64,000 bases of DNA from Paraspadella gotoi (taxonomy: Eukaryota; Animalia; Chaetognatha): the NCBI GenBank assembly GCA_051294375.1, contig CM119267.1, positions 491,523 to 555,522 on the forward strand, in the 5' to 3' direction. The notes under the pieces are model-generated. The model saw only the letters and a program-made list of their open reading frames with translations. It did not search any database and had not been told where the DNA came from. The position numbers were made by a program, and so were the translations under genes. Shown in pieces: positions 37,245-49,028 of this stretch (its first letter is position 1; every line of letters begins with the position of its first letter).

Positions 37245-37664
37245 ATGGATCCTTATTCGGCGGCGATTGAAAAGGATCTCGACGTCCCTTCATCCGCCTC
37301 CGCCGAGTCGGTCTCCACCTTTTCCTGTTCCCTCTGCGACTTTCGATCTCCCTTCACTTACTTCGGTCGGAACCCTCCGTCGGCGTCGTCCCGCCTTGCC
37401 CTGCTCGAAGACGCTTACGTGATCAAGAACCCTTTCGTGGATCCCCGCCAAGCGGAGAAGACGGCGACCGGGAAGCCTGTTCAGCCCGTTCTCATCCTCG
37501 GTTCTCACTGCTCCGTTTGCCAGGCGCCAGTCTGCGCCTCCGTCGAATGCAGCTACTTTTACGCCACCCGATTTTGCAAAGACTGTTTCCTCAAATTTTC
37601 CCGCCATTTTCCCGATCAAGCAAGAAAAGAATTTGCCAAAAACACAGCGTCGAAGATCGATTAA
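37245..37664 (+). CDS. CDPF1: Cysteine-rich DPF motif domain-containing protein 1
   Basis: FSCSLC...FTYFGRNPP...LLEDAYVIKNPF...ILGSHCSVCQAPVC...CSYFYATRFCKDC. Confidence 0.88.
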   Translation: MDPYSAAIEKDLDVPSSASAESVSTFSCSLCDFRSPFTYFGRNPPSASSRLALLEDAYVIKNPFVDPRQAEKTATGKPVQPVLILGSHCSVCQAPVCASVECSYFYATRFCKDCFLKFSRHFPDQARKEFAKNTASKID

Positions 37665-37668
37665 TTAA

Positions 37669-39102
37669 ATGACTTCCCTCTATCTCCACGTCGGCCAAGC
37701 CGGTTGTCAACTCGGCCAGACCTTTTGGTCGCCTTTGGCCGACGACATCGCCGCTGACGCTGCATTGGCGTCGGCCTTTTGTCATCCCCGCTGCGGCGTC
37801 GGAGGATTCGCTTCCTCCTCCCAGCGGCAGCATCGATCGATCTTCGTCGACACGGAGCCAAAGCCTTTGCGTGATTCCCTCCGGCGCATCGGCTCCCGAC
37901 GGATCGGGCCCTGTCTCCGTCTCGGCAAATTCGGACGGGGCTCTCTTCATCCAATGGGTCGTCGACGCCTCGGCCTTTCCGACGACGACGACGAGGCCTT
38001 CGACTTTCTCCGCCGAGAGGCCGAGAGACTCGACATCCTCTCGGCCGTAGTGACCTTTCACAGTCTCGGCGGCGGAACTGGCTCGGGCCTCGGCTGCCGG
38101 ATGTTGCGTTGGATGAGAGACTCTTTTCCCCTCGTTAATCTCCTCTCTGTCGCTCTCCTCGGATCGAGGCGGGAGTCGCCCGTCCAAAACTACAACGCGA
38201 CGCTGGCGACGGCGGCGCTGCAGCGGCTTTGCGACGCCATCCTGCTCTTTGAGGACGAGGGACTCGGCGGCAGTGGGAACGGCGTTGGCGGGTTCGAAGA
38301 GATCAACAGGGAGATCGCGCTTTCACTGCACGGGTGCGTGACTTATCCTGTATCGGGTATTGCGCAGGTTCACTCAAATCCTTCGCTTGAAGCGTGAGGA
38401 CGGCCGTAAACCGCCTCGGGGGCATTGAAACCCTCCAAGCCCAGGACCCGCTCCATGGCTACTAGAAGGGGCTAAAGAAATTACGGATAGTCGTCTTCCA
38501 TGCCTTATCCACTTTCTCTCCATTTCAATTTTCCATTTGACAGTTTATTTCTCCCCTGCGCCCTCTCATCTGATTCTTCCCCGAATTTCCCCATCAACTT
38601 CGAACCTTCGGAACTCGTCCGCTCCGTCTGCCCGATGCCTTCCTTCAAGCTTCTCCACGCGGAGACTGTCGTCCGCTCTTCTTCGCCCGCCGTCCCGCTC
38701 GATCTCTCCACGGCGGTCATTCGAGCCATGAAGCGACGCCGTCCCCAAGGACTCAAGTTGCTGTCTACGGCTGTGGTTACGCGAAACGGCGCCTCGTTCG
38801 GCGTCGACGACGAGACGAAACTGACGTCCTCTCTACCGTTCGTGGCGTGGAATCCGTTTCCGGTCGATGCGTGGCGCGGCGAGCTCGGTTCGCCCTACGC
38901 CAATGGAAAACCCTGCTACGCCTCCTGCGTCAACTCGAACCGATGGGCGCCGACTTTGACGCTGTTGGCGGAAAAGACGCGACGTTTGCTCGCGGCACGG
39001 GCGTTTCTCCATTGGTTCGAGAGAGAAGGATGTGACAGGGAGGAGATCGAGGCGGCGGGTAGCGTAGTGGTGGGCGTGGCTGAAGAATACGAGCGTCTCT
39101 GA
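37669..39102 (+). CDS. Zeta-tubulin (cryptic/eta) -like; exons 37669-38333, 38544-39102
   Basis: Tubulin motifs HVGQAGCQLG, VDTEPK and HSLGGGTGSGLG. ESPVQNYN, EPSELVRSVCPMPSFKLLH, WNPFPV and AFLHWFEREGC match the zeta clade as recalled; there is no acidic tail. Confidence 0.7.
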
Positions 39103-39352
39103 ACGCAAGACGACGACAGAGAGCGTTCGATTCCAGGTCTCCGGAGAATCTAGACGCAACGGACGGACGGACATTGACTTTCTCTCTTTTTTCATTAAAA
39201 AGATGGGATCCTTTCTCTTATTTCAAAACTGCTCTCAAGTTGACACTTTTTGTCCTCTTTCTTCCGTTAATATTGATACATTTTTATTACGTTATTGTTC
39301 TTTGTTATTTCTACATTTTCTCAGATTTCCTCCCTCCTCTTCGACCTCCATC

Positions 39353-40086
39353 ATGACGAAATCCTCACGCGGGGAACTCCGCGAGTCGACTCGCATCAAG
39401 AACGATCCCAATCGACCGCGGATGCTCGACGAGGCTGCCCGTCAACGCCGACAGCGGAAGCAGCTCGAAGCCCTCGAGGCCGACAACTTTGGCGAAGACC
39501 CCCACGCCGATCTCTCCATGCACAAGAAGGTGTTTGATTTACATCAAGTTAACTTCACGAGATCAAAATCGCTTTTTGCTTTAAATCTTAATCCTCTTCT
39601 CTCTCCTCTTTTCCTTCCCTTCTTCTCCCCATCCTCGTTTATTTTTTTCCCTCTTCTACTTTTTCTCTTTAATCTTACCATTTTTCCCTTCCATTTTCCT
39701 ATCCCATTTCTCCTTTCCCTTTTCCCCATTCCCCCTCCCATTTTCCCGCATCCCCTTTCTTCCCTCAAAAGGCTCCGAAATTCGAGGAGCGCATCGGGGA
39801 ATCTGCCAAAAAGAAAAAACGATCAAAACTCGGCGAATATTTCAAGTTTAAATTTAAGCGAAACTTTCACGCGCTCATCGAGGAGGAAGCTTCCTCCTCC
39901 TCCTCCTCTTCCTCTCCCAATTACCTCTCCGCCGCCGTCCCGCCATCCAAGTTTCCCGACCGGAAGTTCTGCGCCGTCTGCGGCTTCTTCTCCAACTACA
40001 CGTGCACCTCGTGCGGAGCGCGGTTTTGTTGCGTGCGTTGCTTGGGAACGCACAAGGACACGAGGTGTTTGAAGTGGACCGCGTGA
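39353..40086 (+). CDS. ZNHIT1: Zinc finger HIT domain protein 1 (Vps71/Swc6, SRCAP), 2 exons
   Basis: LDEAARQRRQRKQLEALEADNF.EDPHADL; RKFCAVCGFFSNYTCTSCGARFC...HKDTRCLKWTA*. Confidence 0.93.
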
Positions 40087-40206
40087 CGTTCGCGCGGACG
40101 TTCTCTAAATTTGCATTGTCATTTATTTTTTGCCATTCGTTTTATCGTTATATTATGAAAAAAAAAATTTTTACAGATAAACGCAGATAAACGATATATC
40201 AAAGAT

Positions 40207-41283
40207 ATGGCGGAAGAACCTCTCAAAGAACTTTCCATTGAACCTCGGTTGGAGCCTCCACCCGAACTCCCTTCAAAACCCTTTTTAGAACACTCCGAGG
40301 AACCACCTTCAGAACCACCTTCGGCAATAACCTCGGCTCCCCCCTCGGCACCACCCCAACGCCCAATCGACGTCGACGGCACGCCCGGCCTCCTCGAACA
40401 GCCCCTCCTTCTCCAGGGGAAGCGGGAGCGGCGTAAGACGGAACGCCTCGAGTTCAAATCGATCGCGGAGACGACGAAGAAGAAATTTGAAATTCCCGCG
40501 GGTTCGGGCACGCCGTTGGGTGAATGCCCCGTCATCGAGCGGAACCTCCAGGGCGTCCGCGCCGAAGACTTAAAGACTTTGCACAAGTTGCTCTTCAAGA
40601 CTCCCGGGCAGACGACGGTGTTGAAGCGAAACATTCGTAAGTTCAACGGATTCTCCTTCGCGCCGGAATCGCCCGAGAAAGAGAAGAAGCTCACTTCCCT
40701 CGTCAAACTCACCCAACCAGAGTTGCGATCCATGTGCGGCGTCCTCGACTTGGAGCGAGGCGGCGCCAAGGATGAAGTCTGCGAGAGAATCCTCGAGTTT
40801 TTGACAAAACCGGCGCCGTCGGGAAGAACGCCGGTGGAAAGAAAAAAGGCGCCCGTAAAACGAAAGGAAGCGGCGGACGGCGTCGACGCCACGGACGGAA
40901 ACGACGCCGCAGCTTCCGATTCGACGGAATACGGCGTCAAAACGACGGCGTCGTCAGGGAAAAAGAGGAAAAAAGCCGCGTCGGCAGCATCGACGGCGCC
41001 GCGAAAGAGGAAACCCAAAGTCGAGGAACAACTCATCTCGTCGGCCGACATTTCCTCAACGGAATCCGAATCGGACGACAAACCTTTGGCCGACATGAAG
41101 AGACCGAGATTCCCCACCGACGCCGAGTTGGCCGACAGAGTAAGGGAGATCCTGGAAGGGGCCGACCTCGATAAGATCACCATGAAGATTGTCTGCAGAA
41201 ACGTCTACGAAAAGTATCCTGGTCAAGACTTGACGGCCAAAAAGGATTTCATCAAATCCACCGTCAAAAAGATCATCTCTTGA
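40207..41283 (+). CDS. DEK: DEK chromatin protein, single exon
   Basis: GKRERRKTERL, GSGTPL, LKTLHKLLF..PG...LKRNIRKFNGF, a SAP box (LCGVLDLER) and DEK_C (ADLDKITMK...KKDFIKSTVKKIIS). Confidence 0.93.
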   Translation: MAEEPLKELSIEPRLEPPPELPSKPFLEHSEEPPSEPPSAITSAPPSAPPQRPIDVDGTPGLLEQPLLLQGKRERRKTERLEFKSIAETTKKKFEIPAGSGTPLGECPVIERNLQGVRAEDLKTLHKLLFKTPGQTTVLKRNIRKFNGFSFAPESPEKEKKLTSLVKLTQPELRSMCGVLDLERGGAKDEVCERILEFLTKPAPSGRTPVERKKAPVKRKEAADGVDATDGNDAAASDSTEYGVKTTASSGKKRKKAASAASTAPRKRKPKVEEQLISSADISSTESESDDKPLADMKRPRFPTDAELADRVREILEGADLDKITMKIVCRNVYEKYPGQDLTAKKDFIKSTVKKIIS

Positions 41284-41980
41284 TGCGTTTTCTTTTGTTT
41301 TCAGTTTTCGTCGTCAAGTTTTCTAAAGTAATAATTTAAGATTTTGGATTGTATATTTAAATACAGATAACAACTTTTTTTCCTATTTAATTATAAAGGG
41401 GTAGAAATTTCGAAATAAGATGTATAACGATGATAAGTTATGATTGAGTACAAATCTTTAAAATATTGCGCATGTATTATTTCTTGCTTCCCACCTGGAA
41501 GGTGGTGAAAACGTTTCATTCATTTTTTATCGAGTTGTCCCATAATTCTTGATTTTGAAGGTTTTTCATTTTCATCCTTCCCAGTTACCCATCTCAAAGT
41601 GAAACGCCTAGTCACTCTTTTTCTTGGGTTAAAGATAATAACAATTAATTATCGGTAATTAAGTACGTTTTTCGTATGCGAAAGTTACATTAATTTTTAT
41701 TGTTTGAAACTAGTCCCCAATCTGTATTAGTCGCAAATGTCTGTTTTTGAAATAAAATAGTGTTTAAACAAATTCCAGAATTCAATCAGTTTTTCTGTCG
41801 TATGATTTTACATTTATTCTGTATTATCTATATTTTTACTTTGCTCGCCATACATTTTCATTTGAATGGATTTGTGTCTTGATTCGTCTCAGATGTAGTA
41901 TTTTGATTATTTTTTTAATTTTCATTTTCTCGGTTTATTATTTGTTCCTTCATTCACATGATTGTGAAAAAGAAAGGAAA

Positions 41981-42845
41981 ATGGGGTCAGTCGCTCGGTT
42001 GGGGAAAATCTCGCCCAAATCGAGCGCCCTCTTCCTCTGCGACATGCAAGAGAAGTTCCGCCCGACCGTTGCCTACTTCGCCGAGATCGTGGAAGTGGCG
42101 GGCCGGATGTTGCAGGCAGCCAAGACGCTGGACATGCCCGTCCTCGCTACGGAGCAATACCCCAAGGGTCTCGGCCACACCGTCAAGGAGCTCGACGTTT
42201 CTGGCGTCAAGGTCGTGCCCAAGACGTGCTTCTCCATGTGCGTGTCCGAGACGGTGGACGCGTTGAAGGTATCGAGTTCATGAAATTGGTAAAACCCCAA
42301 TAAAGATTATCAATTTGTTTAATAAAATAGCTATCATGCCCCTAACTTTGGACAGGCTATGTTGGATTAAGGCCTGTATCCCTCTGACAAGATAATAACC
42401 TAGTGCAAACTTTTAATCAGGAATCTTGTTTATTAACATCCTCGCTTCCTTATTAATGAAATGAATCGACGTATAAATTGTTGAAATTGTATAAAATTAC
42501 CTCTTGTACTCTATTACTATTATTGAATTTGACTTTTCCATTTTCAAGGAAATGAAGGAAGTGAAGAGCGTGGTCATGACGGGCATCGAGACCCACGTCT
42601 GCGTCATCAACACGGTCCTCGATCTCCTCGAACTCGACTACGACGTCCACGTCATTGCCGACGCCGTCTCCTCTCGATCCCAAGTCGATCGCAAGTTCGC
42701 GCTGGAGCGGATGAGGGACGCCGGCGCCTTCATCACCACCAGCGAGTCCAGCATTCTCTCTCTCGCCGGCGGGAGTCATCATCCCAACTTTAAGCAGCTG
42801 CAAAAGATTATTTGGGACTCGGCGCCCGACTCGCAGTTGCTTTGA
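41981..42845 (+). CDS. Isochorismatase domain-containing protein (ISOC1/2-like); exons 41981-42268, 42549-42845
   Basis: SALFLCDMQEKFRP, TEQYPKGLGHTV, GIETHVCV, DAVSSRS and HPNFK. Confidence 0.92.
42280..42497 (-). repeat. Dispersed intronic repeat family A copy (ISOC intron)
   Basis: Starts atgaaattggta and ends aattgtataaaa; reverse-complement collinear with 25528-25790. Confidence 0.6.
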
Positions 42846-43139
42846 TTCGGGGGGTGGGGTGTAAAGGGCGTGCGGAAATTTCCGGGGGGAAGAATCGATT
42901 TCGAAAGTTATTAACGTCTTTTTGATATTGTGTTTGTTGCGTCGATCGCTAGTCATTAATTCGTGGTTGATTGTTTACATACCGTTTATCATTTAAAATC
43001 CTTCGGTAATTTTTTTTTCATTCTTTGGTCCAAAAATCGTTGACTTTTTTACCGTTAGAAGAAAAAAAAAGTGACGCTATTTTAAAAGGATGCGTAACGC
43101 GCGAGCGTCGTCTCATTAGAAAACGAGCAGCGTAACGGA

Positions 43140-44775
43140 ATGGAGCCGGACAAACATTTGACCGGGGGTGACGGAACAGGTTCGGGTCTTGGGTCGGGAT
43201 CAAGATGGAACCATCGGGGCGGACAGCAGGAATCGCCCAGCGAACACAGGAATCTCCGATTCTCGGCCTTCGAGCAAGTATGTTGGATCCGCTTAGATAA
43301 TTAAATAATCAATTTGCTCAGTTATTAATTGTTTTTTGGGTGCAGGATTGTCTGGACGAACTCGACTTAGACTCGGACGAAGCGAGCAGCACCGGGACGC
43401 GGAGTGACGGCGGAACCGGCAATCCTAAAGATGATTTTCTCGATTCTTACGGGTATTTTATTTTTTAAAAGGGCAGTGCGGGGTATTTCGAAACACTGAC
43501 ATATGTCACAGTGCCAGATAAAAGCTAAAAGCGAGTTTCACCCTACTTTTGCATGAATTTGTTTATCTCGGAGCCAACTCCTTTGCCCAATAATATCAAC
43601 TATGGAGTATGGACACATTTGGTACTCCAAAGGTTCTGTTACAATGACCAGGGGCGTCAACTCCCAGTAAGAAGATTAATATGGTCCAATCGCTTACAAA
43701 AAAAAAATGTGTGACAAAAACGGTGCCAAATGTTTTTTTTAAAATTAAGATTGCATTAGAAAATGTATAAGGAAGGAACTTTAAAAAACACTATTTTGAA
43801 TAAGGGCTTTATTACAGAATTTCGGTGCTGCTGTGTTCCGAATTACCCCGCATAATCATAACTTTTTGATTGCGGGTTTAGAAAGTCATTATAAATACAC
43901 AAATATGCAAATGAGATTGAAGAACTTTAACAAAAAAATGTTGCGACAAGGTTCGACCATAACAATCTCATCCCCCCACCATCTCCTTTCCTCTTCAGTT
44001 CGGAACAATCCAGCCACCGCCTCTGGTTGGCCTTTCAGCACACGGCCTCCTCCATCTCCCAACTCTACCGCGACCACTGCGCGGCTCCCGGCGCCGGCTC
44101 GCCCTGGTACTCCTTCCAGACGGCGGCGGGTGCCTGCACCGATATGTACAAGGAGAGTCAGGACGTGCTCAAGATTTGCACGGAGGAGGCGAGGAAAGAG
44201 GGAAGGAAGCAGCTCATCAAAGGTCAGTTTATTCGGGCGGGATAACATTGTTGTTGTCATCTGTGTTTGAATGTTGAGAATGTAAGTAGTTGTCTAACTA
44301 ATAAAGAGAAGAGGCCAGTCGGGTTGCAATTTTGGCGAAGAAATTTTTTTTCAATTCTTTTCAATTCTTTTCAATTTTCAGAAATCGTCATGTGGTTGAA
44401 GAAACGTGGGCGACGCGGACGTCACGTCCGGCGCGAAGACTTGTTGGCCTTTCTCACCGGAAAACCCCCACCGCCGCATTCTCGCCCCATGACCACCGTC
44501 GCTTCCGGTCTCGGCGCCTCTGGCGGCGGACCTGGCGTTGCCGGCGCCTTGGGTTCGTCGCCGCATCAGCGACGCGGTGGCGCTCTGCTTAACTGTCATG
44601 GAGAGACGACGCCGGGGTCGACGCATCGTCGCGGCGTCGCCTTCGCCGACGCCTATCCTCATCGAATCCACTCTGATTACGGGTCTCAAGACGGAACCAA
44701 CAACAACAACAACGCCGTTTCCGGAGCGTCGTTGTTTTTGGAGCCGGACTTGAAAACATTTCGGGACGCCTTGGC

Positions 44776-44826
<51 letters not shown>

Positions 44827-45291
44827 AAATCTAATCTAACAAATCCCGTCTTTTCTCAGGTCCAAGGCCTCAGTGGCGCTCTTTCCAACATCCGGGTCGC
44901 GGGATCCCCTCACTCCAACGTCGGGGGCTGCAGCAGCTCCCCCGTCGTCTCCAGCTTCGGCGGCGGAGCGTCGCCGCTTCGCCAGACGCCGCCGCTAGAT
45001 CGCGTCCGCTCCAACTCGTCGTCGAGTCGTTTCTCCGGAGGTCGTCCTCCCCAGGAGGATCTCCACCAGTTCATCAGCGACCACATGACTCTTCACGGCA
45101 CCGTCGGTGGCGCCGGCGTCGACGAGGCGTTCTGGAGCGGGCCGACCTCGCCACAGCACCGAAAGAGATCCGCCTCGCAGTCCGCAGCTCATCATCCACA
45201 TCAACATCACTCGCTGGGTGATGGAGGGCAGGAGGTCTCGTTTCAAGCAGCCGAGGAATCGCCCTCGCGTAAGAGGCACAGACTCGCTTAA
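43140..45291 (+). CDS. HAPSTR1: HAPSTR1/C16orf72 (DUF4588), 5 exons
   Basis: FSAFEQDCL, LWLAFQHTASSISQLYRD, WLKKRGRRGRHVRREDLLAFLTGKPPPP, EPDLKTFRDAL and SPSRKRHRLA*. Confidence 0.85.
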
Positions 45292-46065
45292 AGGGGGGGG
45301 GTGTTGAAGAGGAGGAGGAGGAAGAAGAAAAGGGAAAAGAAAAAGAGGAGGAGGAGGAAGCGAAAGAGAATTTAAAGGAGAAGAACCGAACCGACTCTCC
45401 CCCTGCATATTTTCTTTTTTACAGCGTACGCCAAATTCGTGTTTTTTTTTTTTTTTTTTTTTTTTTTGTCCGTTTTTTTTTTTGTGATTCGTCTTTTCAT
45501 ATAATCGACACCCCTTCCCCATTTCGACCCGCTCCTCTCCCCCGGTTATTAAGAGGCCACGCTCCGTTTCTCTTTTTAAACTTTCAAATCATCGGCATCT
45601 TTTTTCCTTATGACGAATTCGCGATTAATCCGATGTAATCATGTAACAACTACTTAGTTTAATGTCTTTAAACTTTCGGTGTCCGAAGCTAGAGAGAGAG
45701 AGGGGGGTCTTTTCGATGAGAATTTTTTAAAACTACATTTTAATAGCGATTTACATTATAATTATTTCCTCAGTTTTGCAGCAAGTTTTTTTTTCCAGTT
45801 TTTTTTTCTCTTCCTGCTTTTATTTTCATTTTCATCGAAGTTGTACGAAAGTAGGTAAATTGGTTTGTCCCCGCCAACCTCGCCTCGTCCCAAAAAAATT
45901 AAAAATTACCTTTTGTTGCTTCCTTTTTTTTAAAGCATAGATTTTCTTTAAATTAAGATGTAGGAAACGGTCGCTAATCTAGTCAGCTTAACGTGATAAA
46001 ACAAAAAAAAACAAAAAACAATAAAGCCTGGACCATTATAACACCGCCTTGTGCCGCGACCCGTG

Positions 46066-47130
46066 ATGGAGATCTCGACGAAGCCCCTCTTGACTCTCAC
46101 AGCCTTCATCGCCCTTCTCTCCGCCCTTCTCCTCCGCCTCTTTCGCGCCCCCGACGCCGGCGTCGACTTCAACACCCACCACGCCCTCGCTTCCGTCCTC
46201 CGTGGCCTCTTGCGGTTCGAATCGCTCGCCGAGGAGCGTCGCGGCCGCCGCGCCGCCCCGCTCCGCGTTGCCGTCGGCTTCGGCGGCTGCCGCGACGTCT
46301 TCGCCCGCGCCGTTCCGCTGCTGGACCGCTTCGGCGCCGCCCCGCCGTCGCCCGACCGACGATCCGTGCATCACGCTTCGATCGGAGACGAGACGCAACT
46401 TTCGGAGGGCGTGGCGTATTTTTTCCGCCACGGCGCCGCCGCCGAACGATATGTCTCGCAAAAAGAGCTCTTCGCGCGTCTCGTAGCGGCGGCCGACGCG
46501 TTTCCGGCGACGAGACACGAATTGGGCGGAAACGCGCCGGTGATGGCCAACAGGATGGCGACGGAAGGAGCCGAAGTGCTGCTGGCGGCGCGGCTCTCCC
46601 GCGGCTTGGTGGAGGCGCTGCATCCGATGGTGCGGCTGACGGAGGGGTCGGGAGAGGGGGTCGACGATGACGTTCATCTCATCCTCGAATACTCCAAAGG
46701 AGAGCGGTGGGGAGAGATGGAGGCCCCGAGGGCGAATCGATACATCATGCATAGCGACGCAGATAATCCCTGGGTCACTTCGCTGGAGCCGTTGCAGGTT
46801 GGGAAATATTAATATTGATCAAATTTAAAATTATATCGTCGGTTTCCGTTTTGTTTCAAAATACGAAATAAAAAAAAAAACAAATCCGCTGAAAATTTCG
46901 TTCGTTCATGTTGATTTGATTTTTGTTTGGTTTCGACTCAGAAATCCTTGACGACCTTCGAACCCGATCTCGTCGTCATCGGCGGACTTCAAACTCTCGA
47001 CGGCTTCCCCGGTTTCCATGGCGACCAACGAAGCGAACGCCTCGCCCAAGTTGGCCAGTTTCTCTCCTCTCTGCCTTCCGAGGTTCGTCGTGGATCGAGA
47101 AGGGTTTTTCATTGAGGGGATGAAATGAAT

Positions 47131-47167
<37 letters not shown>

Positions 47168-48093
47168 CTTTCTCTCACTCCATGCTCTCTCTCTCTCTCT
47201 CTCTCTCAGACTCTAACCCACTTCGAACTGGCCTCCTTCTCCGACGAGTCTCTCTTCCAAGAGATCGTCGACTCGGTCGTCCGTCGCGTCGACTCTCTCG
47301 GGATGAACGAACAGGAATTGCCCAACCTGCAGTCGATCCTTACCCTGGGTGAGATCACCACCGTCTCCGAAGCTTACCCTCGCGTCGCCAACGTGCTCGA
47401 CCGGATGCGCAAAGTCTTCGCTTTCCTTCGGCGCCCGCGCGGAGACCGCGTCGGCGACCGCCCGCTTTCCCGCCTCCACGTGCACACTCTCGCTTATCAG
47501 GCGATCATGACCGCCAAGGGATCCGCCTGGCGGGACAGTCCCGCCGCCGCAGCGAAGGCCTCCCTCGTCGCTAATCGCCATATCTGCGGCTCGTTGGTGG
47601 GTGGTTGGATTGGATGGGTTGGATTGGATTGGATGGGTTGGATTGGATGGGTTGGATGGAAGGTGGAATGTCATCTTGAACCAATGTCGACTGTCGGCTA
47701 GAGAGAAAGAATGAGAGAGAGAGAGAAGAAGAAAAGAAATGCCTCAAAACAATACTCAGACCAGTAGGACCTGTTGCAAAGTTGTAATAGTTTCGCTTGC
47801 TCAAAGTCAAGTCTCTCTTCTCTCCCCCCCCCCTCTCCCCCCCCCCCGCCTTAGGAAGTGGACGCGAAGAAGGCGAAGATTTTGATGGACGAGGGATTCA
47901 GCGCGAGTGGAGAGAGCGCAGCGCGAGGATCCCTTTCGACCCCGAAGACCCCGTCTCCTGTTGGGAGGAAGAAGAGGAGGAAGGGGACGTGGTCGAGATC
48001 TGCGTCGCGCCGGTCCTCGTCTGTCTCGACGTCAAGCAGACAGCGGGCGGCGGAGACAACGTGTCTTCCGCGGGTTTGATGTTTAACGTCTGA
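46066..48093 (+). CDS. ADPGK: ADP-dependent glucokinase, 4 exons
   Basis: N-terminal hydrophobic anchor, GAAAERY, GGNAPVMANR, PRANRYIMHSD, HFELAS, SLGMNEQEL, HVHTLAYQ and TAGGGDNVS. One apparent indel lies near 47920. Confidence 0.93.
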
Positions 48094-49028
48094 TCGACTG
48101 ATCGTTGTTGCGGTGAAGAGAGAGAAAGAAGCGCTCGGTTTTAGTCTCCCTTGGCGTCAGAAACGATATGTCGTCGTTGCCAAAAGTATGAACCGCTGAC
48201 TTTCGAATTTACAACGTTCTCTTTTATTTCCTCTCTTTGGATGAGTTGTTGGACATAAACTCTCGTCGTAATCCGTCGATCTTATTGCCAAAGAAAGAGA
48301 AAGAATTTTTTTTTTCTCTCGATTCACCGAAATAACCTTTTACTGCTTTTCAACAATCGATGGGAATATACGTAATTTATATAATATATATATATAGTAT
48401 ATATATATATAGTATAATATACGTAATAATATACGTAATAACGTAATTTTTTTTTTCACGGGATAATTATATTCGTCGTTTCAAAGACGGTCGCATTCCA
48501 CATCCTAATCGTTTTTGTTGGGTTATCGATTTCATTAGTCTATATGTATGTTATATTATGTAGTTGTTATACAATACATATATTATTCGTTATACATTTG
48601 GTCAGTTGCCATCATTGATACATTGACAAATCTTTACAACTTCCAAAATTTTAGGACCAAATCCCTTCTTATATTAAATGTTAAGGATAACTTTTACAAA
48701 GCAATTTAATTTTTAACATATTCATTATAAATTTTGATTTTAATTCAATATTTTTTCATCGAGTTCCAGCAGCCCAATTGTTTCGTCTTATAGTGATGCA
48801 TCTTTCGAGCGTTTTCCTCATTCTTACTATTTCTGTATCGTTTCTTCGATGCCTTAATTTCTGTATCGTTTCTTTGATGCCTTAATTACTTTTAATTTTT
48901 TTCAAGCTTTTCCATCAAAAATTGTGTTAAGAAGAAAGATTTTCCCAAGCGGCGACGGATGGCTGCAATTTTTAATTTAAAATAAATCTTTTAAATTATG
49001 AGTTTTTTCGTGAGGCCAAGAAATTATA

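Noticed and set aside
37669-39102. Annotation as delta-tubulin (TUBD1)
   Set aside because: The C-terminal motifs (EPxELxRSxCP, WNPFPV) fit zeta better as I recall them; a phylogeny is needed to settle it.
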